Of a DNA stretch of 64,000 bases, positions 39,367 through 50,028 are shown piece after piece. A model generated the notes under the pieces. The model saw only the letters and a program-made list of their open reading frames with translations. It did no database searches and was not told the DNA's origin. This stretch comes from a plasmid: the sequence record OW849071.1; one strand, given 5' to 3'. The translations under genes and the position numbers were made by a program. Each line of letters begins with the position of its first letter. Position 1 is the stretch's first letter.

Positions 39367-41322
39367 TTATTGCGCGGATTGCTGACTCATGATTTCCTTA
39401 ATTCGTTCTCTGGTCTTATTGGTGAGCACATCGTTTTCCGGTATTTTTTGATTTTTCATCAGGTCGTCCATAAAGTTGGTGAAATCCAGCTTGTTAAAAT
39501 CAATCCCCTGGAGTTCCGCGACGGTAATGCCCCGACAGTCAGGACTGCTGGCGCCGCCAAAACCGATATGCAGCTGACCGTTTCTTCCCTGCTGCTGAAC
39601 GATCTGCGCCAGTTTTGAGTCGAACTGGCAATAGCTCCTTTTTTTCTCCAGGCAAATCCCCAGAACCTTTTTAGAGCAGAATTCCCCTATACTGACCGTC
39701 AGCTTGTCTTTTTTCGCTTTGGCCAGCGCCTTTTCCTCGCTGCTGCAGCGTGCCAGCCCCACATCCTGGCCCCAGCCGCTGTCTTTGCAGCAGTTACTGA
39801 AGCCGGCAGCAAACTTCTTACAGAACTTCGCTTTTCCGGTGAATGCCCGGACATCCACCCCGTTCAGTGCCGCGACGTCCTTCCCCGCGGCAGCCAGTGC
39901 CGCCAGCTCAGACACCGCCTGCCCAAAGTCGTTGCTCTTCCCGGACGTGGCTTTGTCACATTCACCATCAAGGCAGAAGACATCACCGCCGCAGATCATT
40001 TGCTTGCCACTCGTCCTGGTTTCGCAGGAATACGTTGCATATTCATGCAGGCACGTGCCTTCCTCGCTGGAGAAGGCGCACTGGCGGGATGACAGAGTAC
40101 AGGCCGTATTTTTCATCAGGCTTTCACAGGAGCCGTTGTCCGCCGGCTGCGTGAGCCAGGTATCCTTATATTTCCAGCAGGCCTCCGTGAACGAGTAATC
40201 CCTGCCTCCGAGGGTGATGGTTCGCGTTCCTCCCGGACTGATACATTCCTCGCCCGTTTTTTTTCCTTCATCCTTACTGAACGGACAGCTTTCAACCCAG
40301 ACGACTTCAGGTGCATAGACGGTTTCGGTTTCTTCCATCACCAGGGTGACCGTGACCTGTACGGGTTTCTGGCTGGCCGATGATACGGTCCGTGATGTTT
40401 TGCTTACTGAAAAGTTCTGCCCAGCAGTGACCGCTTTGTCCACACCAAACGACTGATGAATCTTCCCCTTCCCGTCATAGGTATATTTCGTACAATGCGT
40501 GTTCTGACCGCCTGAACACATCGATTCTGAACGTGGCCAGTTGATCACATCAATGGGGAACGTTCGTTCAAAGAGGGTCAGGCTTTCACTCACTGCACTC
40601 TTGCAGCTATCCCGCACCTTCCCTTCGGAATCGCATTCTTCAATCCAGGGGATCACCAGAGGCTCACCATCCACCGAGGCATTCAGCAGACGACCGTTGG
40701 TCGGGATCGTCAGGTTGCCACTCCATTGCCGGGTACTCCGGGCATAATTCAGCGTCACCACCTGCTGATAGGTTCGGTTAACTTTCTGTGTGGTGGCGTT
40801 ATCCTTCAGGGTCGCTTCCCGTGTGCAAAAATTTTCCACCTGCAGATCACGTTCGCAGGTATGGTTTGTGAACTCACTGCGGTTCACAACCTGGGCGGTA
40901 CAGGACTGTCCGGTATCGCCGACAATGCTGTCGGCACGGGATTCTGTATCCTTTGCGGCCTGAATAAACGGCGCATCCTGAGATATCTGATCCGGTGGCC
41001 GGTTCGTGAACGACTCCGTAATCGCTTTGCCGGTATCTCCCTGGCTGAACTCCAGGGCTGAATCGCTTTTCAGAGAGCTGTCTCCGCTGGCAGTGACGCC
41101 GCCATAGTATTTTGTCTGATCAGGGCTGTCGGTATACCCCGGCAGGTTTTGCTCACCACTGAAATTTTTCAGTGAGTTCAGACCATTGCCCTGCACCTGT
41201 TTCGCAAAATCCGAACCAGCTTTATAGTCGCTTCCTCTGTCAGCACAGGCTGGGGATGCCAGCCAGATAAAGGCGCTCAGGACAAAAAAATGCGCAGTCA
41301 GCACGGAAATAACCGTCTTCAT
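39367..41322 (-). CDS. traN: TraN outer-membrane mating-pair stabilisation protein
   Basis: 651-aa Cys-rich secreted protein, collinear with F TraN. Confidence 0.9.
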   Translation of the reverse strand: MKTVISVLTAHFFVLSAFIWLASPACADRGSDYKAGSDFAKQVQGNGLNSLKNFSGEQNLPGYTDSPDQTKYYGGVTASGDSSLKSDSALEFSQGDTGKAITESFTNRPPDQISQDAPFIQAAKDTESRADSIVGDTGQSCTAQVVNRSEFTNHTCERDLQVENFCTREATLKDNATTQKVNRTYQQVVTLNYARSTRQWSGNLTIPTNGRLLNASVDGEPLVIPWIEECDSEGKVRDSCKSAVSESLTLFERTFPIDVINWPRSESMCSGGQNTHCTKYTYDGKGKIHQSFGVDKAVTAGQNFSVSKTSRTVSSASQKPVQVTVTLVMEETETVYAPEVVWVESCPFSKDEGKKTGEECISPGGTRTITLGGRDYSFTEACWKYKDTWLTQPADNGSCESLMKNTACTLSSRQCAFSSEEGTCLHEYATYSCETRTSGKQMICGGDVFCLDGECDKATSGKSNDFGQAVSELAALAAAGKDVAALNGVDVRAFTGKAKFCKKFAAGFSNCCKDSGWGQDVGLARCSSEEKALAKAKKDKLTVSIGEFCSKKVLGICLEKKRSYCQFDSKLAQIVQQQGRNGQLHIGFGGASSPDCRGITVAELQGIDFNKLDFTNFMDDLMKNQKIPENDVLTNKTRERIKEIMSQQSAQ

Positions 41323-41380
41323 TTCTGCCCTCCCTCATCCCTCACCATTTCCGGTAACGCTATGAAGTACGGTCTGTCTT

Positions 41381-42028
41381 TCATGGCTGGCTCCCGGCGG
41401 CATTCGAGGGCGCATCAAGCATCTGCCGGGCCACCTGTGCGCAGTCACCGGTTTGTGCCACTTTCTCCAGCGCCTGTTTGACGTGAATGTTACCGCGTAC
41501 CACGTCATATCCGGCCTGACACCGTACCACCAGAGACGGCACACTCCGGATGCTGTACTGCGTGTACAGTGTCGGGTCGATCTGCACGCCGTCGGTCACG
41601 CCATCCTTCACCAGCTGCAGCACCGCGTCAGTGGTGGTCTTCATGTCGTTATTGACGAGCCCACGCAGTGTCGCCGGAATGCCGTACTGCCGGGTTTCGT
41701 GCAGCATCCGCTTCAGCCCCTCTTCAGGTATCGAGAAGGAGACAAAGTACAGCGCCCCTTCTGCCGGCTTTTCCTGATTCGCCGCTTTCTGCTGGCTGAC
41801 CAGATTATCGATAAACTGGCGGTCTGATTTGGGCAGAGGATTGCGGCTGATTTGCGCCTCAAGCTCCTGCTGCAGCTGTTTATCCGGATGCTGGCGCAGC
41901 TGTTCGCTGAGGTTCTCCTGCTGTTTCAGCCACTGCTGGTCCCCGGGAGTATTAATATTGTCAGCGGCTGACGCCGTAGTGCAGAGCAGACTCAGCCCCC
42001 AGGCCAGCCCGGTGATTCCTTTATTCAT
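41381..42028 (-). CDS. trbC: TrbC pilus assembly protein
   Basis: 215-aa periplasmic protein in the conserved position. Confidence 0.8.
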   Translation of the reverse strand: MNKGITGLAWGLSLLCTTASAADNINTPGDQQWLKQQENLSEQLRQHPDKQLQQELEAQISRNPLPKSDRQFIDNLVSQQKAANQEKPAEGALYFVSFSIPEEGLKRMLHETRQYGIPATLRGLVNNDMKTTTDAVLQLVKDGVTDGVQIDPTLYTQYSIRSVPSLVVRCQAGYDVVRGNIHVKQALEKVAQTGDCAQVARQMLDAPSNAAGSQP

Positions 42029-42303
42029 AATTACCTCAATTAGAGAGAGTTATGTGCCTGGCTATTGCTACAGGTCATGACAAATGCATAGCCCTGCATC
42101 ACATATTCAGTTATTCGACTGCATTTTTTCTCTGAGGGTTGCGCCAATGTATTGCCAGTCTCTGTATTGCTCTGCCGTTAGTACCTTTTTATCCGTGCTG
42201 AAAGTGACCCGGGATGTAGTGGGAGATACATCCTGATGCAGGAGGGGTTGCTGGCAACATTGATTCTGTTCTTTTTCCATCATTTATCCTTTTCCTGTCT
42301 GAC

Positions 42304-43293
42304 TTACAAAAATACGCAGTTACGTTTACGCCACATCAGGTAGCCATAGTTCTTGCGGGTGTTGGGCGGATTTTTGCCGGCCTCCCAGCGCATCACGCTG
42401 CGTCCAAGCGGATGGCACTGACCACTGTCCGGATACATGTTCACCATCTGATAGCGCCAGCGTTCTTTCGGGATGATCGGGGAGGGATATTCGTAACAGA
42501 CTGCCTTGTCCTTCCCGATACTCTCCATAATTTGTCCCTGCCGGTGGAGCTTGAAGGCCATACGCTCACTGACCAGTACCGACGACTGCAGCGGGCTGGA
42601 CTCATTACTGACCTGGCCGTTAAACGGGTAAAGTGAGCCATGGCTTCCACCACACCAGAAGAGGACATCCAGAGGCATATGGAATGCACTGGCCAGCGCA
42701 TCCGCTGCGCAGGCGCCCTGCGCGATGGGGTTGGCAAACAGGATCGCTTCCGGATTCAGAATGGTGGTGAGGCTGCTGTCCACCCAGGTCGGGTCAATCT
42801 CGGACAGATAGGCTATATCCATGTCTCCGCCTTCCAGACAGCCTGCCGAAGTGATGATGTTCAGCCAGTACGTCAGCGGGTACTTGTACCAATGAACGTG
42901 ATAGAAGGCGCCGTTCACCTGCTTGTCGTCCTTTCTCGCGGTCCCCATGCCGGTCTTGCCGAGATTGATACTGAAGCCCCCCAGATTGACCATACAGCCA
43001 GGCGAACGGCTAACGTCCGTCATGGCCATCGGCTCCCAGTACCCGATGGCCAGTCCGGGACGAACAAAAAGCGGTGGCGGAGCCGGACACAGCTGCAGGG
43101 GACTGCCGGGATTGCTGGTATCAGGCAGGTCGCCTTTACCAACCTGCACGCTGCCGAGCGACAGAGGGAAGATGCAGCGCCAGCACACATCGGTGATCGG
43201 GTTAACAAACCGGCCCTCACAGGAGGGGTCTGCGGCGGCGCGGCCACTGAACGTTGAGAACGCGATGCAGATTAAAAAAAACATGGCTTTCAT
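42304..43293 (-). CDS. traU: TraU pilus assembly/DNA transfer protein
   Basis: 329-aa Cys-rich periplasmic protein homologous to F TraU. Confidence 0.9.
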   Translation of the reverse strand: MKAMFFLICIAFSTFSGRAAADPSCEGRFVNPITDVCWRCIFPLSLGSVQVGKGDLPDTSNPGSPLQLCPAPPPLFVRPGLAIGYWEPMAMTDVSRSPGCMVNLGGFSINLGKTGMGTARKDDKQVNGAFYHVHWYKYPLTYWLNIITSAGCLEGGDMDIAYLSEIDPTWVDSSLTTILNPEAILFANPIAQGACAADALASAFHMPLDVLFWCGGSHGSLYPFNGQVSNESSPLQSSVLVSERMAFKLHRQGQIMESIGKDKAVCYEYPSPIIPKERWRYQMVNMYPDSGQCHPLGRSVMRWEAGKNPPNTRKNYGYLMWRKRNCVFL

Positions 43294-43691
43294 TCGTCAG
43301 TTTTCTCCCTGAGAACAAGACGGAGGGCATCGATTTTATTGCGGACCTTTTCCCGTGTAGAGTCTTCGGCGCCCTCCATCCCGGCCCACACCATCAGGGA
43401 CAGGCAGTCGAAGAGGTAAAGCTGGCGACGGTATGAATCCCTGTTCGTCTGGCGAACGGCGGACAGTGCATCGAGTTCACAAGTCATTTCATCGATAACC
43501 TTTTCACTGTTGTATCTCAGCCAGCGGTACAGCTTCTCGTTATCGGTCCTGAGACGCTCAACCTCTCTCTCCAGCCAGCTTTCTCTTGTACTGAGTTCCC
43601 GTATGACATTCTCCTGCTTACGGATGGTGGACCACATTAGCGTCAGCAAGAGCATCGTGAGCAGGATTATTAAGGCCAGTATCATCGGCAT
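43290..43691 (-). CDS. Hypothetical TM plus coiled-coil protein inserted between traW and traU (4-bp overlap with traU start)
   Basis: MPMILALIILLTMLLLTLMWSTI then heptad-rich ...ESWLEREVERLRTDNEKLYRWL...; no counterpart in F. Confidence 0.45.
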   Translation of the reverse strand: MPMILALIILLTMLLLTLMWSTIRKQENVIRELSTRESWLEREVERLRTDNEKLYRWLRYNSEKVIDEMTCELDALSAVRQTNRDSYRRQLYLFDCLSLMVWAGMEGAEDSTREKVRNKIDALRLVLREKTDE

Positions 43692-43725
43692 CGGTTACCT
43701 CTTTTGAATAAAACGCAGCCCCAGA

Positions 43726-44361
43726 TCAGGGGTGCGGGACGGGCGGGAAGGTCTCAATATTCAGCCGTTCACCGGAGGGCGCCGGCGTGATCCGCGCCGG
43801 GACCGCCGTCAGGCCAAATCGCTTGCTCAGTACACCGTTCTGGTCGAAATAGATCCGGCTGTCCAGCGCTGCGGAGGTGTCCGGGATACTGCCACGCACC
43901 AGGATAATTTTGCTCATCAGGGTTTCCGGCACCTGACGCTTCATCCAGGCCAGCTGGTCGGCATCGTCACCATTGATGAAGTACAGGGTCTGGACAAACG
44001 GTACGGTTTTAAGCGGGTTTACCACTTCGCCCTTGCGGGCAAACACCCGCCCCTCATTGTCCTTCAGGTCTTCGGTCAGTCGGATGCTGGGATCAAACCA
44101 GCGCTGCTCGTATTTCTCCGCACGCTTAATGCCTTCCACCGGCGCCGGACGCTGACTGTTCTCGATAACCCGCTGCTTAAACGCGTCCATCGTCTGGTCC
44201 CACTGGCCAGAGGATTGCAGCGACTGCAGACGCTGCGTGATGAGCTGCAGCATGTCCTGCTCACGGAGGGGCCATAAATCCCCCCAGGTACCGAGATCAG
44301 CCGCCTGAGTCAGCGGCGATAACAGGCAGGCGGCGAGCAGACAGTCTTTCAGTCGTATCAT
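43726..44361 (-). CDS. traW: TraW pilus assembly protein
   Basis: 211 aa with signal peptide. Confidence 0.85.
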   Translation of the reverse strand: MIRLKDCLLAACLLSPLTQAADLGTWGDLWPLREQDMLQLITQRLQSLQSSGQWDQTMDAFKQRVIENSQRPAPVEGIKRAEKYEQRWFDPSIRLTEDLKDNEGRVFARKGEVVNPLKTVPFVQTLYFINGDDADQLAWMKRQVPETLMSKIILVRGSIPDTSAALDSRIYFDQNGVLSKRFGLTAVPARITPAPSGERLNIETFPPVPHP

Positions 44362-44753
44362 TACTGTTCTCCTTTCATCCGGCGGGCAATGTCGTGCTGG
44401 ATGTTGCGGGTCACATCAGGCGCGCCCTGAACCACGGCAGGTGAAACCAGAATGACCACATGATGCTGCTGCTGATACTCCGCCAGACTCTTCTCCAGCG
44501 CGTCGTTAAACCGATCAGAGAGCGCTTTGGACTGCGCCTCTGTCAGCTGCTTCTGACTCACACTGTCCATAAAGCTGTCGAGCGTCTTCTTCATATCAAA
44601 AGCCACCACCCGCGGCGTGGAGTACTCCAGAACCACGCGTGAGAGAAACGCGCTGGTTGCCAGGGCGAAAAGCACGAGAGCAACGATGACAGGTATCCGG
44701 CGAAAGGTATGAGAGGTCGTACTGACCGGTTGTTCGGTGTTGTTTTTCATCAC
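44361..44753 (-). CDS. trbI: TrbI
   Basis: 130-aa membrane-anchored protein between traC and traW. Confidence 0.7.
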   Translation of the reverse strand: MMKNNTEQPVSTTSHTFRRIPVIVALVLFALATSAFLSRVVLEYSTPRVVAFDMKKTLDSFMDSVSQKQLTEAQSKALSDRFNDALEKSLAEYQQQHHVVILVSPAVVQGAPDVTRNIQHDIARRMKGEQ

Positions 44754-47389
44754 TGTTTATCCTCCATGTCATTCACCGGTATTCGGGATTCAAGCTCTGC
44801 CATTTCGTCTTTAAAGTTGCGGCACGCCAGTCCGTATACCGCATCGTGGATATCGACCCCCTCCTGCCGGCGCGCTTGCATGTACTCAAAATCCGGGCCT
44901 TTGGAGGAGTACATCGCCCGGCTGAGCGGGTCAACGAACAGGCGGTGCCAGGAGCAGTTCGCTTCCACCTGCAGCATAAAGGAGGAGAACCACTGCTCTT
45001 TTGCCGAGCCGAAGCCGTTAATCATGTCTTTCTCCAGCTTGCTGAACTGATCCGGGTACAGCTGGTTATACTTGGCAAATTCCTTCGCTGACTGTTTCAG
45101 AATGGCCTTGTACGATGAGTTCCCCCACGCTGCACGTGCGGCGCTGGAGGCGGTCGGGGAGTCGAAGTCGACGATATTTTGCGTGATGGTGATGTATGCG
45201 CCGGTATGTCGACGCGCGGTACGGTAGCCTTTCTCGATAAACTGCCCCACTTTTCCATTCTTGAAATCAAGGAGCTTCCAGCCCTCATCGATGACGTTCA
45301 GTTTTTTCAGGCCACGCGGTGACTGATACATCCTGTTCTCGATGTAAATAATCAATGAGAACATCACCGCGATAAGCAGAGAGGGCCTCGACTCCAGACC
45401 ACCGAGCTCCAGTACCACCATCCGGGCGTCATCGTGAAGTGTTGGTTTATCTGAGTTGAAATAGTCCCCGTAGATCCCATTCACCGTGTACTGATCGAGC
45501 AGGATTATCATCTCGTCCAGACGGCCCCGGATTGTCGGGGAATCAGCATATTCATCGCTGTCCTTCGCGTCCTGTAAAAACTGCACTACGTCATCAACGC
45601 GTGCATGATTACGCTTGCTTAACCAGGCCGCCTGAACTGCCTGCAGAAGCAGACCTTCATGGACTTCATCGAGGTTGCCGTTCGGACTGGCCATCACCGA
45701 CATCTGATCGCGTATACGTTCTGCTGACATGTCAAAGTGAGCATCATCCAGCACGTTGGCGAACGGGTTAAACTTGAGGGTATCGCCATTGAGGTATACG
45801 CCCCCCATGTTTTCACACAGGGACTTATAGCCATCGCCCATGTCGAACACCCAGGCAAACCCGCCGGAGTCGAGCACACTGCGAATGAGGGGCTGAATCA
45901 GACCGGTTTTACCCGCCCCGGACGTCCCGCAGACTGCCATGTTGAAATTGGTATTGTTCATTCCCTCGTAGAACAGGTCGATGAACGCCAGCTGATTTCG
46001 GTAGGTGGGGGCCAGGAGTCCCGCCGGCGCCAGCGGGCTGTCAGCGACGATCGGCAGGAGGTTGGCCACCTGGAACGTCTCAGCCCGCTTCACCACGCCT
46101 GCCGCCTGCAGCTCTTTGAACAGGCCTTCGCCGCATTTGAACGGCATCATGGCCAGAAAATTACGCAGGTGATGGTAGCGGGCCGGGATAAGCTGGAAGC
46201 CACCCTTACGGTAACTGTTGAGCACCTGCTGCTCGGTAGCGAGAGAGGCCTCTGCGTTATCGGCGGTATACGTGGTGATATTAAAGAAGTAGGACACCAG
46301 GGAGGTCTGGTTGGTCGCCAGTCGCTGGCGGATATCGCCCCACTCCTGCATTTCCTTTATCACGTTCGGAAAGTACTTCGCGTAGGAGGTTTTGCTTTTC
46401 TTCTCCACGTCCATGAATTTCAGGTTGGCTTCGTTCTGGGTCTTCACCTGGTCCTCCACCATCAGCGTCAGCGTGATGACAAAGGGGCAGGAGATGGAGA
46501 GCTCCGGGTTCAGCAGGTTGGCGTAGTTGTCCGCATTGGACCAGAGGAAGGCCATTTCCGGATCTTTCTCCAGATGGTAGCTCGTCACCCGGGTCACGCA
46601 CTCTTTCCCGTCGCGCCCCAGGCGGCCAATTTTCAGATGACCGGCCGTGACCTTCATATCAAAGCTGTCATCGACACACTGATAGTTCAGATCCTGATAG
46701 GGGTCCAGCTTATACGGTACGCGGTACATCTCGTGCGGGTCCGGGTTAATCAGCTCACGCATCAGTTCGACCAGCCCGGCCGCATCAAGGATACGCGTCG
46801 GAATGTAAGCCCCGCCCAGTGACGCCCGCAGGATTTTTATCTGGTTCTCCATCTCCACAATTTGCGTGGCGGAGTTCTTCTTCCGGGGCACGCAGCAGGA
46901 GATGTACACGCGGTAGTTACGCAGCGTCAGGGGCAAATCCAGATTGTCCGGCAGGGGAAATTGTGTTTCCGCCGCCCGGAGATAGTAGGCGCGGGTAATG
47001 GCGTTAAACTTTTTAGCCTGTTTACCACTCCAGCGGAATTCACGCAGACCGTAGTCGATATCATTGCCGACCAGTTTGCTGGAGACCAGATGAAAACTGA
47101 CCGGGACGCCCCGGGGAAGTTTGCTGCGCAGTAAATGCTCCAGTGTGGCGACGATACTTTTATCCGCACCGGGTAAAGGACGCGCCTCAAACATAAAACC
47201 GACGGTTTTGTTATTAATAAACAGACCGGTCGCGGAATCATAATCCTTATAGGGCAGAATACGGCTGAACTGGGGGAAATTCATGCTGCCCAGCGTGTCA
47301 TTGGCTTTTGCAGATTCGTCGGGCAGCTTCAGTGCTGATACCAGTGAATTCACAGTCTGGGTGACGGCATCGATGATGTTATTACTCAT
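44750..47389 (-). CDS. traC: TraC (VirB4-like) pilus assembly ATPase
   Basis: 879 aa; Walker A GTSGAGKT. Confidence 0.95.
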   Translation of the reverse strand: MSNNIIDAVTQTVNSLVSALKLPDESAKANDTLGSMNFPQFSRILPYKDYDSATGLFINNKTVGFMFEARPLPGADKSIVATLEHLLRSKLPRGVPVSFHLVSSKLVGNDIDYGLREFRWSGKQAKKFNAITRAYYLRAAETQFPLPDNLDLPLTLRNYRVYISCCVPRKKNSATQIVEMENQIKILRASLGGAYIPTRILDAAGLVELMRELINPDPHEMYRVPYKLDPYQDLNYQCVDDSFDMKVTAGHLKIGRLGRDGKECVTRVTSYHLEKDPEMAFLWSNADNYANLLNPELSISCPFVITLTLMVEDQVKTQNEANLKFMDVEKKSKTSYAKYFPNVIKEMQEWGDIRQRLATNQTSLVSYFFNITTYTADNAEASLATEQQVLNSYRKGGFQLIPARYHHLRNFLAMMPFKCGEGLFKELQAAGVVKRAETFQVANLLPIVADSPLAPAGLLAPTYRNQLAFIDLFYEGMNNTNFNMAVCGTSGAGKTGLIQPLIRSVLDSGGFAWVFDMGDGYKSLCENMGGVYLNGDTLKFNPFANVLDDAHFDMSAERIRDQMSVMASPNGNLDEVHEGLLLQAVQAAWLSKRNHARVDDVVQFLQDAKDSDEYADSPTIRGRLDEMIILLDQYTVNGIYGDYFNSDKPTLHDDARMVVLELGGLESRPSLLIAVMFSLIIYIENRMYQSPRGLKKLNVIDEGWKLLDFKNGKVGQFIEKGYRTARRHTGAYITITQNIVDFDSPTASSAARAAWGNSSYKAILKQSAKEFAKYNQLYPDQFSKLEKDMINGFGSAKEQWFSSFMLQVEANCSWHRLFVDPLSRAMYSSKGPDFEYMQARRQEGVDIHDAVYGLACRNFKDEMAELESRIPVNDMEDKQ

Positions 47390-47460
47390 GCAGGCGTTCC
47401 TTTAAGAGCATTTCAAAATAACAAGGGTAATAAATGGCAAGAAGAATATTCACAGCCGCA

Positions 47461-47859
47461 CTAGAAACTCCTCCTTATAATGGAAAGCACAGGAATGAAA
47501 AACAATAAACACATGGAGGCGATAATCTGACCCATAAAGATCGAATCCAACAACACCTCCCCTTGCCACAAACAAATAAGCAGAGTGATAAATAATAAAA
47601 CCACATGAAAGAAAACAATCAGGAACAGAATGTTCGCTGAGAATTCGCCATCACCAACTTCCACCTCTAAGCAGAAAAAATAAAATACACACAAACTACA
47701 GATAATATAGACGCCTTCATGTCGAATACCCTGAAGGAAATCAGCAGAAAAGTCTCCTGCCAGTCCATTGTAAGTCAGTCTGGCTCCCAGATAGATGAGC
47801 CAGTAGACTGGAGGGGTAAACAAAAATCCATACTTTCGAAGAAACAGCATCATATCCAT
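47461..47859 (-). CDS. Island ORF 1: hypothetical polytopic membrane protein (132 aa)
   Basis: AT-rich; 4 predicted TM helices. Confidence 0.35.
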   Translation of the reverse strand: MDMMLFLRKYGFLFTPPVYWLIYLGARLTYNGLAGDFSADFLQGIRHEGVYIICSLCVFYFFCLEVEVGDGEFSANILFLIVFFHVVLLFITLLICLWQGEVLLDSIFMGQIIASMCLLFFIPVLSIIRRSF

Positions 47860-47866
47860 CCCCTGA

Positions 47867-48277
47867 TTATTTGCTCATATCGTTCAGTGCGTTAAGTTGT
47901 TTTTCACGTACTGCTTTAATCTCTTTTTTATCCTTGCATTCTGATGCCATCTTTTTTGCGTCACCAAAAGTTAATGTCGCTGACGAAGTCACATTATTAG
48001 TTTGAAGAGCCATCCGAAAAGCCTCACCCGCACAAGGCGCATCATGAATAATACTTTGCAGTTGTTCTGGAGTGGCGGGCTGCATATCGCGAAAATCTTC
48101 ATACTGAACAAAAAAACATCCAGCTGAAGCAAAAAAAAGAAGAACCCAAAAAATACCATATAGCAGATCAAAACGTTTCAATTCTTGCCTTTCTTTTTCA
48201 TCGGCCTTTCTTATTAAATCCCGAGAGCGCTCTTCAATTTCTTGTTGTCTTTCCATTGTTCCATCCCTACCGGTCAA
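47867..48277 (-). CDS. Island ORF 2: hypothetical membrane-anchored protein (136 aa) with a charged/coiled N-terminus
   Basis: ERQQEIEERSRDLIRKADEKERQELKRF then a TM helix. Confidence 0.35.
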   Translation of the reverse strand: MTGRDGTMERQQEIEERSRDLIRKADEKERQELKRFDLLYGIFWVLLFFASAGCFFVQYEDFRDMQPATPEQLQSIIHDAPCAGEAFRMALQTNNVTSSATLTFGDAKKMASECKDKKEIKAVREKQLNALNDMSK

Positions 48278-48298
48278 TCCAGTTTATTAATCAGCATT

Positions 48299-48754
48299 TC
48301 ATTTTGAGTTAGCTTTATATAATTCCCACTGATGGATATAGGAATAATACTGCCCACCAGGCACATTAATGATGATGCCATCACAGTCCAGTTTATTAAC
48401 AGGGCTGGTAAAAGCGCCTGTCGGCATGTTTACCTCAAGTGTCCGGCAGTCATCTTTCCAGTGTCTACCTGCTTCAAGTTCATCCATCGAAAATGAGTGA
48501 ATGGAGATAACGAACATCCCGGAAAACCCAACCACCGCTATAAGCGCACAGTATATGAATGTATCGCCTCTGTTAACTCGAAGATTGAATTTTTCAGGGA
48601 TGGCAACCATTGCCAGCGCACCGACCAAACCAATAACAAAAAGAATCAGGCATATACCGTTAAGCCATGCAACGTTATGTCCAAGTATATAGTACGCTTT
48701 CACTTTCTTATTCCTTATGCTGCATACTTTCAAATAACGTGAGATTGTTAACAC
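48299..48754 (-). CDS. Island ORF 3: hypothetical membrane protein (151 aa) with a C-terminal HWKDDCRTLE-containing domain
   Basis: Paralogous to ORF 6 (RHWKDDCRTLEVNMPTGAF vs HHWKNDCRLLETNIDKGF). Confidence 0.4.
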   Translation of the reverse strand: MLTISRYLKVCSIRNKKVKAYYILGHNVAWLNGICLILFVIGLVGALAMVAIPEKFNLRVNRGDTFIYCALIAVVGFSGMFVISIHSFSMDELEAGRHWKDDCRTLEVNMPTGAFTSPVNKLDCDGIIINVPGGQYYSYIHQWELYKANSK

Positions 48755-48769
48755 TGACCACCGGTCTTA

Positions 48770-49081
48770 CTATTCACCCGCCCCCATCCGATCAAAGTAA
48801 TAAATCAAGACATAAAACATATAAAAGATCACTGTGGCTGAAAAAAATCCCGTTATTACTGATAGCGTCAAATCAGGAGAACCGGCCCACATATTTTTAT
48901 CCATGAATACCATTAAAGAAAATAAAGCACTGAGACCTGTAAGCCCAAACAACATTAAAATATAGGCAAGCGCATCTCTTATAAAAACACCAATAATTAC
49001 ATAGCCGTAACCGCAGATAATGATTGCCATTGCAAAAAAAAGTCGAACAAAACCATCAAAACTTAACTGGTATTCAGCCAT
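48770..49081 (-). CDS. Island ORF 4: hypothetical 3-TM membrane protein (103 aa)
   Basis: Hydrophobic ORF. Confidence 0.35.
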   Translation of the reverse strand: MAEYQLSFDGFVRLFFAMAIIICGYGYVIIGVFIRDALAYILMLFGLTGLSALFSLMVFMDKNMWAGSPDLTLSVITGFFSATVIFYMFYVLIYYFDRMGAGE

Positions 49082-49300
49082 TTACCCACCCTCACTCAAT
49101 GTTTCTATCACGCTGCTCAAAGGCTCGCGGGTTTTAATTTCAATGCACTCTCCTGTATTACTTCCGTAACCTCTGCCACCACGTGCTTCGAGTACCCGTA
49201 GCATTTTTATGCAGACATCTGTATTAGGCATGGGAGTAATATCCCAAATTCCACCACCACTACTCGGCGTCATCAGCACCAGAAAAATAAAGGCATGCAT
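49082..49300 (-). CDS. Island ORF 5: small secreted protein (72 aa)
   Basis: N-terminal signal-like MHAFIFLVLMTPSSGG; two Cys. Confidence 0.3.
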   Translation of the reverse strand: MHAFIFLVLMTPSSGGGIWDITPMPNTDVCIKMLRVLEARGGRGYGSNTGECIEIKTREPLSSVIETLSEGG

Positions 49301-49379
49301 ACTTTATTGCCTCTGTTTATATATTAACGAATGAATATTTCTTTCATTGCCTCTGCGATAGTTGTTTGCTTATCGCCCC

Positions 49380-49613
49380 TTATCGCTCTGTCATAATCAG
49401 CCTTGCTGACATTTTCAATAACATCACCACACTGAAGTCTATTTTGCGCTGGAGAGAAAACCCTTTATCAATATTAGTCTCAAGCAACCGGCAGTCATTT
49501 TTCCAGTGATGAGAAAGAACTTCGGGCACTGTATTACTGTCACTAGAAAAAAGCAGGCGATAACCTGTCAATAAAAACACCAGCGCCATCGTCCATTTGA
49601 ATAATTCATCCAT
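49380..49613 (-). CDS. Island ORF 6: truncated paralog of ORF 3 (77 aa)
   Basis: Shares the HWK(N/D)DCR(L/T)LE motif and C-terminal KIDFSVV / KLDCDGII similarity. Confidence 0.35.
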   Translation of the reverse strand: MDELFKWTMALVFLLTGYRLLFSSDSNTVPEVLSHHWKNDCRLLETNIDKGFSLQRKIDFSVVMLLKMSARLIMTER

Positions 49614-49617
49614 AACG

Positions 49618-50028
49618 TTACTTACCTTCCGTACTAAGTTTATTAATCTCTGCCTTATCTCTGTATCTCACATCCATATACCGTGTTACGCCATCCGGGC
49701 AAGACCAGGCATCTTTTGCTTTAGCCAGAAACCCTGCCTGCTGCGCTTCAAATGCGGAGACTCTGCAATTTCTAAGCGTATAAATGATATTTTCTTTCCT
49801 GTTTATAATTTGTTTATATGTTGACTCAGGATCAAGAACTCCTGTTGCTGTAGTAATCATACTCACCATACACAGTATCACACTGAGGGTTTTACCCCAC
49901 CAGGATGTGATTACTCTCTGAAAAAAGGAAGACACGATTACGGCAGAACCAACAATAAGAATCAACATAAAAATATATGACGAATCTTCGCGCAAAAGCA
50001 GCCATAGATATTTCATTGAGTCAGTCAT
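49618..50028 (-). CDS. Island ORF 7: hypothetical 2-TM membrane protein with a soluble C-terminal domain (136 aa)
   Basis: AT-rich ORF immediately downstream of traV. Confidence 0.35.
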   Translation of the reverse strand: MTDSMKYLWLLLREDSSYIFMLILIVGSAVIVSSFFQRVITSWWGKTLSVILCMVSMITTATGVLDPESTYKQIINRKENIIYTLRNCRVSAFEAQQAGFLAKAKDAWSCPDGVTRYMDVRYRDKAEINKLSTEGK

